41,012 nucleotides of DNA. It comes from a virus (lineage: Duplodnaviria > Caudoviricetes). The stretch lies in IMG/VR virus record IMGVR_UViG_3300037070_000655, positions 1 to 41,012 of that record; one strand, 5' to 3'. This document shows, piece after piece, positions 8,331-15,275 of this stretch (position 1 is the stretch's first letter; each line of letters opens with the position of its first letter). A model generated the notes under the pieces. It was not told the origin of the DNA and did no database searches. It worked only from the letters and a program-made list of their open reading frames with translations. The position numbers were made by a program, and so were the translations under genes.

Positions 8331-8692
8331 CGATCATCGTCAACAACGCGCCGTTCACGATTCAATCCGGTGACTCCGAGATCGGCCCGGTGGATCTGCC
8401 TACTGGCACGAAGAATATTCAAGTTACCTACGAGTGCGCAGCGTGGCCAGTCGATCCCGATGGTCAGTTCACCGTGACGTTGAAGATCAGTGAACAAGGT
8501 AACAATTTCGTTGACGCGTGGTCAGACACGTTCCAGCACCAGCGGCTCGCGCGTGTGGGTGTCGTGCGTCCAAACGCGAGTTTCGGTATCGGTCTGGAGA
8601 AACCGTTCGGTCAACAGACCAAACTGCGTGTGGCGTTCCAGAGCACCGTGCCTGGAGGTGTCGCCACGACGGTGACTGTGCAGGCGGTTTGA
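8327..8692 (+). CDS. Hypothetical beta-rich structural protein
   Basis: GTGA coupling; alternating hydrophobic pattern suggests a beta-sandwich. Confidence 0.6.
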   Translation: MTIIVNNAPFTIQSGDSEIGPVDLPTGTKNIQVTYECAAWPVDPDGQFTVTLKISEQGNNFVDAWSDTFQHQRLARVGVVRPNASFGIGLEKPFGQQTKLRVAFQSTVPGGVATTVTVQAV

Positions 8693-8693
8693 A

Positions 8694-9419
8694 ATGGCAG
8701 CGCTGTTGGGGGTCACCACCGGTAGCGCGGATGCTGGTGCCAACTCGATCGCGACCGGGGCGTTGACTACGCTTCCAAGAACCACGCGTTGGATCGGCAC
8801 CAAGTGGGAGTGGACTGGTGTAGGTACTCGACCAGACGTTCTTAGCGTCACAGATACCGCTGGCAATGTCTACGAGTTGGAGCAAGAGAGTGATCCGATC
8901 ACGGCCTCCTTTCCAGGTGGTGCAGTCTGGGTGTGCCGTAACGCCCTTGCCCACGCGGCAAATGTCGTAACCGTTACGTTTGTTGTTGGATCCACAGCGC
9001 AATTCCGCCGCGTTTGGCAATTGGAGTGGGACGGACTCGCACGCAAGGCGCAGAACAACTTTGGGAGTGGTTCCAGTGCGGTGTACAGCACTGGTGATCT
9101 TGACCCAGAAGGCCCTGGCCTCATGATCGCGTTGCTCGCAGGGTTCGCGACTCTTACCAACATCACGGCTGGCGGAAATCCTCCAGCACAACTGCTATCG
9201 CAAACACTTGGCGAAGCGTTCGTTGTTTATCGTATCGCGACTGCAGCCGGGTTGATTACACCGGGGGCGTCATCGAGCATTTCAAGTGAGTGGAAGATGA
9301 TTGCGACGACGTTCACTGACATGCCCTTCGCGTTCACTCACGACATCACCCGAGCAGCCTTGCTCGCTCAACCCGGCATCCCCAACAGCGCGATGCGTGA
9401 CGCGAGGAGTTGGTTTTGA
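8694..9419 (+). CDS. Putative structural protein, Ala/Gly/Thr-rich
   Basis: SVTDTAGNVY motif as in phage beta-sandwich virion proteins; more A/T-ending codons than its neighbours. Confidence 0.6.
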   Translation: MAALLGVTTGSADAGANSIATGALTTLPRTTRWIGTKWEWTGVGTRPDVLSVTDTAGNVYELEQESDPITASFPGGAVWVCRNALAHAANVVTVTFVVGSTAQFRRVWQLEWDGLARKAQNNFGSGSSAVYSTGDLDPEGPGLMIALLAGFATLTNITAGGNPPAQLLSQTLGEAFVVYRIATAAGLITPGASSSISSEWKMIATTFTDMPFAFTHDITRAALLAQPGIPNSAMRDARSWF

Positions 9420-10870
9420 TCGGTGACTACCTGCTCATCGAGAAGTGGTTCGCCGACGAGCTTGAGCCGGCTGCGGCAGGCTCGCCGTTCACGCTCACGA
9501 TCACCGCTGGCGTCTACACGCTGACCGGCAACCCGGTCACGCTGCGCGCTGCGCGCCAGTTGGTGATCACGAAGGGTCAGTACACATTCAACGGCAACAA
9601 CATCAGCCTGGGGGTCGGCTACAAGCTGGCAACGACCACGGGTGTCTACTCGCTGGTCGGCAACCAGATCACGCTGCGCGCCACGCGCCAGTTGGTGACC
9701 ACGACAGGTGCCTACCGCTTCACCGGCAACAGCATCGGGCTCTCGGTCGGCTACAAGGTGGCGACCACCACGGGCGTCTACCGGCTCACCGGCAACAGCA
9801 TCGAACTGCGCGCGTCGCGCTCGCTGGGCATCACCGCGGGGCGTTACACCCTCGTTGGCAACAACGTCGATCTGCGCACCGCGCGCCAACTGCAGACGAC
9901 CACGGGCGTCTACTCGCTGGTCGGCAACGACGTCACACTGAACAGGACTGGTGGCGCCAAGCTGCTGGATACGGTCACCGGGGTCTACTCGCTCGTCGGC
10001 AACGACGTCATCCTGCGCGCGACGCGGCAACTGCTGGTCGACACTGGGCGCTACACGCTCACCGGCCAGTCGATCACGCTCAGCGTCGGGCGCCAATTAC
10101 TAGCCCAACAAGGAGAGTATCGGCTCGTCGGGAACGACATTACGCTGCGCACGGCACGTAATCTCGTCATCACGGCGGGTCGCTACGAGCTTGTCGGCAA
10201 CGCCGTCGACCTGATCGCGGAGACCGGTGGCCATCGCACGCTAACGATCACCACCGGGCGTTACACGCTGACCGGGCACGACGTCGTGCTGACGGCGCAG
10301 CAGGCTACGCCCGAGCCAGCCGCCGACGACTTCACGCAGGCCAAGTACCTCGCGCACCCGAACATCAAGTTCAAGCCGCTGAAGCCCGAGCGCACGGTGA
10401 TGAAGGCGCCGCTGCCGGCGCAGATCACCAACATGCCCGACGCGCCGATCCTGGCGCCGCGCCGCGGTCCATTGATGGAGATCATGGAGACGCTCTACCG
10501 AGAGCCTCTCCTGCGCAAGCCCAAGCCGCCCGAGGCGCCCGCTGCGCCGGTCGTCGTTCCCACCCCGGCGCCCAAGCCGAAGCCCAAATCCAGGGTTGCG
10601 GCTGCACCTGTTGTTGAGGCGCCACCCGCGATCGACTACGAGGCGGCGATGCGCGCCCTGCACGAGTCGCACGAGCGCGAGCGTGCGGAGATGGAAGAGC
10701 AGCTTGCATCTCTCCAGGCGCGGCTCGCCATGGCCGACGCGATCGCCGAAGCCGAGCGCGAGCGGGGGCGGCTGGAGCGCGCGGAGACTGAGCGCAAAGC
10801 CAAGAAGCGCCTCAAGAATCAACAACTTGCGGCAAGATTGTCAGCAGAATTGCTGGCTGACGACATTTGA
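9416..10870 (+). CDS. Repeat-containing fibre or filament protein (12 x 22-aa repeats, Pro-rich linker, C-terminal coiled coil)
   Basis: SD GAGGAG at 9404-9409, TTG at 9416 overlapping the upstream TGA; repeats such as LATTTGVYSLVGNQITLRATRQ. Confidence 0.75.
   Translation: MIGDYLLIEKWFADELEPAAAGSPFTLTITAGVYTLTGNPVTLRAARQLVITKGQYTFNGNNISLGVGYKLATTTGVYSLVGNQITLRATRQLVTTTGAYRFTGNSIGLSVGYKVATTTGVYRLTGNSIELRASRSLGITAGRYTLVGNNVDLRTARQLQTTTGVYSLVGNDVTLNRTGGAKLLDTVTGVYSLVGNDVILRATRQLLVDTGRYTLTGQSITLSVGRQLLAQQGEYRLVGNDITLRTARNLVITAGRYELVGNAVDLIAETGGHRTLTITTGRYTLTGHDVVLTAQQATPEPAADDFTQAKYLAHPNIKFKPLKPERTVMKAPLPAQITNMPDAPILAPRRGPLMEIMETLYREPLLRKPKPPEAPAAPVVVPTPAPKPKPKSRVAAAPVVEAPPAIDYEAAMRALHESHERERAEMEEQLASLQARLAMADAIAEAERERGRLERAETERKAKKRLKNQQLAARLSAELLADDI
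9494..10303 (+). repeat. Twelve degenerate coding repeats of about 66 bp
   Basis: Consensus Lxx(T/I)(T/A)GxYx(L/F)(T/V)GNx(V/I)xLxxxxx counted 12 times; two units carry short insertions. Confidence 0.9.
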
Positions 10871-10888
10871 AGCATACAATTCCGGATC

Positions 10889-11158
10889 ATGGTGCGTCTG
10901 AACCCAGAACAAGTTGCCTTCTATCAGCGGCTCTCGAAGTCGCCGGATGGCAAGTTCCTGATCAGCGTGCTGTGGGCTGAACTCGCTGAGATCGAGCACG
11001 CAATGCGCAATAGCGACGGGGCAGAGATGCACCGGCAGCAAGGCGAAGCGCGTTGTCTCGATCGGCTGATCGCAAACATCAGCAACGGCGGTCAACAGCC
11101 AACCAGAGGCGTCGTGACGCGACCGTTGCGGGTAGTGTCGAGCGTGCCTTTGGAATGA
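10889..11158 (+). CDS. Small conserved head-region protein (Bbp19-like)
   Basis: PDGKFLISVL...HRQQGEARCLDRLI pattern and position directly before the scaffold gene. Confidence 0.6.
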   Translation: MVRLNPEQVAFYQRLSKSPDGKFLISVLWAELAEIEHAMRNSDGAEMHRQQGEARCLDRLIANISNGGQQPTRGVVTRPLRVVSSVPLE

Positions 11159-11220
11159 GGGAATCGTGAGCCTCACATCCCTCAACGACAACGAACCCCA
11201 GCTTCGCTGGATCGTGGAGA
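11156..11220 (+). promoter_or_regulatory. Structured leader of the scaffold gene (two hairpins abutting the SD)
   Basis: TGAGGGA..GTGA/TCAC..TCCCTCA (11156-11184) and ACGA..CCAGC-TTC-GCTGG..TCGT (11191-11215), then GGAGA at 11216. Confidence 0.4.
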
Positions 11221-11228
11221 CCTAGAAC

Positions 11229-12245
11229 ATGCAACAGGCTTCCCAAGCCTCGAACGAAGTGCGGCTCCCCCGCGCGATTCGCGAGCGTAGCGAGAGGATC
11301 AACCTCAAGCTGAGCGCGCTGAACCCGCCAGGAGCAACTGACGGACCCGTGGACCCCAACGCAATCCCGGTCACCCCGGATGCGAATGGCGCCACACCCG
11401 CCGCAGATCCGGCACCGAATCCTCCAGCGTCACTCAAACCCGTCGACCCCCGTCACGCCGATCCGAAGTATTGGATGCAGCGCTTCGAGGTGATGATGGG
11501 TGTGCTCACCAAAGAGCGCACCGAGCATGGCCAGGAGATCGGGCAGTTGGAAACGCGGTTAGCTGAGTTGGAGACCCAGGTTTCCACCTTGGAGGCTGAG
11601 AACACCACTTTGAAGCAGAACCCCTCACCGTCGAGCAGCATCGACATCGGGCAATTCCTTGACCCGGAAACTGTCGAGCGGATCGGTGAAGACGAAGCCA
11701 CGGCGATCGTTGAAGTCGCGATGAAGGCCGCGCAGCAAGCAGTCGAGAAGGCTGTGAAAACTGCACCCGCATCGCCGACCAAGCCCGCTACCACCCGTGA
11801 AGACCGTGAAGCCGAACGCGAGCGCAAGCAAGCGAAGCAGGCATTCCTCGACCAGTTGGTCGAGGCGCACGTGGACTTCTTCGAGATGGACGTGGATCCG
11901 CGTTGGGGCGAATGGCTTGCCAAGTCGGTGAAAGAAGGCAGCAAGAAGACACGTCAAGACGTGCTCGATCAAGCCTGCCGTAGTCTCGATCACGAGGCAG
12001 CGGTGGATCTGATGACCGAGTTCAAGGCGACGTTGGTTTCTGCGCCCCCTCCAATCACTGCCCACGCTGAAGGTGGACAGATCGACGACAGCGGTGCACC
12101 CGCCTCGGGAGGCGCGAACGCGCTCCGAGCGCCCACCAATGCGGAGGTCAAAGCCTTCTATGCACGCGCAGCACTCGGCAAGGTCACTCCGGAAGAACGC
12201 AAGTCATTCGAGGCGAGGCAGAAGCTCCGCACCGCACTGCGGTGA
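11229..12245 (+). CDS. Capsid scaffolding protein
   Basis: Disordered N-terminus, coiled coil and basic C-terminal helix; immediately upstream of the capsid gene. Confidence 0.75.
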   Translation: MQQASQASNEVRLPRAIRERSERINLKLSALNPPGATDGPVDPNAIPVTPDANGATPAADPAPNPPASLKPVDPRHADPKYWMQRFEVMMGVLTKERTEHGQEIGQLETRLAELETQVSTLEAENTTLKQNPSPSSSIDIGQFLDPETVERIGEDEATAIVEVAMKAAQQAVEKAVKTAPASPTKPATTREDREAERERKQAKQAFLDQLVEAHVDFFEMDVDPRWGEWLAKSVKEGSKKTRQDVLDQACRSLDHEAAVDLMTEFKATLVSAPPPITAHAEGGQIDDSGAPASGGANALRAPTNAEVKAFYARAALGKVTPEERKSFEARQKLRTALR

Positions 12246-12277
12246 AAGTCTTCAACCTTCCTTTGGAGTGAACTCAA

Positions 12278-13204
12278 ATGGGCGTTCCACGCAACACAGG
12301 CATTCCGGACCCAGGTCCGAATGGCCTAATCAATTACGACCCCGAGGTCTACTCGGGCAAACTGGTCGAGAAGTTCTATAAGACCACCGTCTTCGGTGAG
12401 ATCTGCTCGACCGACTACGAGGGTGAGATCGCGGGCTTCGGCGCCCAGGTCAAGATCCGCACCGTGCCCGACATCACTGTCGTGGACTACGTGGTGGGCA
12501 ATGGCCTGAATCCGCTGTATCCGTCGTCGAACTCGGTGACGCTGGCCATCGACCAAGCGAAGGCTTTTGCCATCGCGCTGCAACTGGTCGACATGCGCCA
12601 ATCGGACATCGACATGGCCGATGTGTTCGCCAACGATGGCAGCATTCAGTTGCGCATCGCTGTCGACGCGGAAGTGCTGGAGACGATCCCCGCCGACGTG
12701 TCATCCGACAACCAAGGCGCGACCGCTGGCGTTGACTCGAACCTGAATCTCGGCACGGCCAACGCGCCGTTCGGGTTCAGCAAGACGACCGCCGTCGAGT
12801 TCGTGGTCGACCTGGGCACCGTGCTCGACGAGCAGAACGTGCCCGACGAAGGCCGCTGGCTGGTGCTGCCCCCGTGGGCCATCGCAGCGATCAAGAAGAG
12901 CGATCTCAAGATCGCGTCGTTGGCAGGCGACGGCACGTCGATTCTGCGCAACGGTAAGGTCGGCGACATCGATCGGTTCACGATCTATCAGTCGCGCAAC
13001 CTGCTTCGTCTGACGTCGCCCGGTCCCGCGTTCTACGCCATGTTTGGCCACTCAGCCGGTTTGACGTTCGCGGCCCAGATCATCGAGTGCCAGATGATCG
13101 ACAATCCCAACGACTTCGGGTACATCATCCGTGGCCTGATGGTTTTCGGTTTCGAGGTGATCGAGTCGAAGTACGTCGGGACGGCGGTGATCACACCGGC
13201 TTAA
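12278..13204 (+). CDS. Major capsid protein (HK97 fold)
   Basis: PEVYSGKLVEKFY, TDYEGEI...GAQVKIRTVP, LDEQNVPDEGRWLVLPP, IRGLMVFG motifs of podoviral capsids; GGAG SD. Confidence 0.92.
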   Translation: MGVPRNTGIPDPGPNGLINYDPEVYSGKLVEKFYKTTVFGEICSTDYEGEIAGFGAQVKIRTVPDITVVDYVVGNGLNPLYPSSNSVTLAIDQAKAFAIALQLVDMRQSDIDMADVFANDGSIQLRIAVDAEVLETIPADVSSDNQGATAGVDSNLNLGTANAPFGFSKTTAVEFVVDLGTVLDEQNVPDEGRWLVLPPWAIAAIKKSDLKIASLAGDGTSILRNGKVGDIDRFTIYQSRNLLRLTSPGPAFYAMFGHSAGLTFAAQIIECQMIDNPNDFGYIIRGLMVFGFEVIESKYVGTAVITPA

Positions 13205-13227
13205 GTCGCAACGACAGGAGAGTGACG

Positions 13228-13425
13228 ATGAAGACGAGCAATCCGTATGGTCCGGGCATGCCTGTGAAGACCCCGCCCGAAACCATCACCAGCCAGACGT
13301 CGAAGGCCGACGGCAAGGCAAAGGCCCGCTATCCCAGTGGCACGTTCTCGAAGGGTCAGAAGTCTTCGAGCGCGGGCAGTGGGGGCAAGCGGGCCTACAC
13401 CCCCGGTGGTCCCGCAGGCTCGTAA
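13228..13425 (+). CDS. Small basic disordered protein (65 aa)
   Basis: SD AGGAGAG, ATG 13228; rich in K, S, G and P; lies before the capsid terminator. Confidence 0.7.
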   Translation: MKTSNPYGPGMPVKTPPETITSQTSKADGKAKARYPSGTFSKGQKSSSAGSGGKRAYTPGGPAGS

Positions 13426-13450
13426 GGGCTGAAGGATCGCTGACCCCAGG

Positions 13451-13480
13451 AGCCGGCGCCCACAAGGTGCCGGCTTTCAT
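13451..13480 (+). terminator. Intrinsic terminator after the capsid genes
   Basis: Stem AGCCGGCGCC / GGTGCCGGCT, loop CACAA, short T-tail (probably leaky). Confidence 0.65.
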
Positions 13481-13498
13481 CTATCTACGAGGTGACCC

Positions 13499-13945
13499 GT
13501 GATTACTGACGCTCAAGAAGCAAAGATCGCAGATGCGCGCACTCGCAGCGCACAAGACAAAGCGAACCCTTTGTTGATCAACATCGACGACGGTCGGCTG
13601 ATGCCGAACGTGCGGCGCGTGCTTCGCCACAAGAGTGGCAAGTACGTGATCTACAGCGGCGACCCCAAGGCATCCTTGGAGAACCGCATGCTGTGGCTGC
13701 AGTCGATGGGACGGCAACCGGGCGCACGTCGCATCATCAACACCGCGATCGAGGAAGAAGTTGTCGATCTCGGCAAGCTGACGAAGGAAGACTTGGTCGA
13801 ACTCGCGATGGTCGAGTACCAGACCGAGTTGCCGATGAACATCGATGTGAAGGAAATGCGCAAGCGCGTGATGGCACTGGCAGCCGCACATCAGCAGTCG
13901 CACGACAACATGAAGCGCGTTCCGTCAACGGAGCAACTGGGCTGA
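13499..13945 (+). CDS. Hypothetical protein (148 aa)
   Basis: SD GAGGTG then GTG; C-terminal LGKLTKEDLVELA resembles a small helical Rho-N/SAP-like motif. Confidence 0.7.
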   Translation: MITDAQEAKIADARTRSAQDKANPLLINIDDGRLMPNVRRVLRHKSGKYVIYSGDPKASLENRMLWLQSMGRQPGARRIINTAIEEEVVDLGKLTKEDLVELAMVEYQTELPMNIDVKEMRKRVMALAAAHQQSHDNMKRVPSTEQLG

Positions 13946-13946
13946 C

Positions 13947-14588
13947 ATGCTCGCATCCGTCCCGATCAATGAGGTCCGTCGGCTCCTGCTCGATGCAGGG
14001 TCGACGGCGTACTCCGCGGCTGATCTCCTGGGCTTCCTGAACGAAGCCCTGGCGGCGACCGCCAACGTGAAGAAGGACTTCTACGTTGTGCACGGAGTCA
14101 TTGATCTGGTGGCGGGGATCCTCCAGGCGCTGCCGGAAGATGGAGTAGCGTTGATCGACATCACGCACAACATCGGCAGTGGCAAGGTGTGCACCCAGGT
14201 CGACAAGGATCTGCTGCAGGAAGCCAACCGCTTCTGGCCGGTCGACGAAGCCGAAGAGGACGTCGAGAACTGGGCGTTCAGCCCCAAGGATCCAACACGT
14301 TTCCTCGTAACCCCACCGAACCTCGGAGGCTCAGCCGTGGCGCTCTTCGGCGCGTATGGCGCAGTGCCGCCCGAGGTGACGGACCCCAGTCAAGACATGC
14401 CCGTGGGACGCGAGAACCAGCACGCGCTGGTGAACTTCATGCTGGCGCGCTCATATGCGATCAGCAGTAAACGGTACGACCCCACCAAGGAGGCGTACTA
14501 CATGAACGAGTGGAAGCAGATCCTCGGCCTGAAGTCCACCTCGACGATCGCGGTGTCGCCCAAGGTTTCCGAGTCACCGGGGATGTGA
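13947..14588 (+). CDS. Head-tail adaptor (DUF6682-like)
   Basis: VRRLLLD...YSAADLLGFLNEA...LVAGILQALP...FLVTPP...ALVNFMLARSY pattern and position after the capsid genes. Confidence 0.7.
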   Translation: MLASVPINEVRRLLLDAGSTAYSAADLLGFLNEALAATANVKKDFYVVHGVIDLVAGILQALPEDGVALIDITHNIGSGKVCTQVDKDLLQEANRFWPVDEAEEDVENWAFSPKDPTRFLVTPPNLGGSAVALFGAYGAVPPEVTDPSQDMPVGRENQHALVNFMLARSYAISSKRYDPTKEAYYMNEWKQILGLKSTSTIAVSPKVSESPGM

Positions 14589-14591
14589 TCC

Positions 14592-15266
14592 ATGGAGTTC
14601 GTTGACACCTTCACCCAGCTTCGCGAGGTCGCGCAGATCGTGCGCAAGTGCCCGACAGCGACACTCAAACGTGCATTCATCAACGCCGCTCGCGACTTCG
14701 CCGGTCAGTCGCACTGGCTGCGCATGCACGTGTCGATGTCCACCACCGACATCCAGAGTGGGCTCGACGGCGACTACGAGATCAATCTCGACGGCAACGA
14801 GGCGCAATACCTCGAAGTGGTCGGCATTCGTGACGACATCATCGGCATCGATACCAGCGGCAGCCAGGAGCAGGAGTTCAGGATTCGTCCTGGCGACGAG
14901 AGCAAGTGGCGCATGCTGCAGGATCCCTCGCAGCCGCGCTACTACGCGTACAAGCCCGAGGGCATGTTCAACCTGACGCCGCCACCCGACATCACGTACC
15001 TGCTGCGCATCACCGCTGTCGTGCAGCCACAGGATGGCGCCGAGCGCATGCCGAGCGATCTGTTCAAGCGGTGGAGCACACCGATCCAGGCCGGCGCTCT
15101 GGAGTATCTGCTCATGCTTCCTGGCCAGCCCTGGACCGATAAGTCCGAAGCCGTCGTACAGGGCAAGGTATTCCGTGCGGGCATCAACAACGCGAAAGCC
15201 GACGCTCAGCGTCGATTCAACACGGGTTCACAGCGCATGGCGCCTCGGCGCTTTGTGCGAATCTGA
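14592..15266 (+). CDS. Second adaptor or tail tubular A-like protein
   Basis: CPTATLKRAFINAARDF...QPRYY...LTPPPD...IQAGALEYLLMLPGQPWTD typical of podoviral adaptors. Confidence 0.7.
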   Translation: MEFVDTFTQLREVAQIVRKCPTATLKRAFINAARDFAGQSHWLRMHVSMSTTDIQSGLDGDYEINLDGNEAQYLEVVGIRDDIIGIDTSGSQEQEFRIRPGDESKWRMLQDPSQPRYYAYKPEGMFNLTPPPDITYLLRITAVVQPQDGAERMPSDLFKRWSTPIQAGALEYLLMLPGQPWTDKSEAVVQGKVFRAGINNAKADAQRRFNTGSQRMAPRRFVRI

Positions 15267-15275
15267 GATGAATGA

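Noticed and set aside
9404-9419. Programmed frameshift fusing the 8694 and 9416 genes at TGG TTT TGA
   Set aside because: No canonical slippery heptamer; SD plus TTGA overlap is explained by translational coupling
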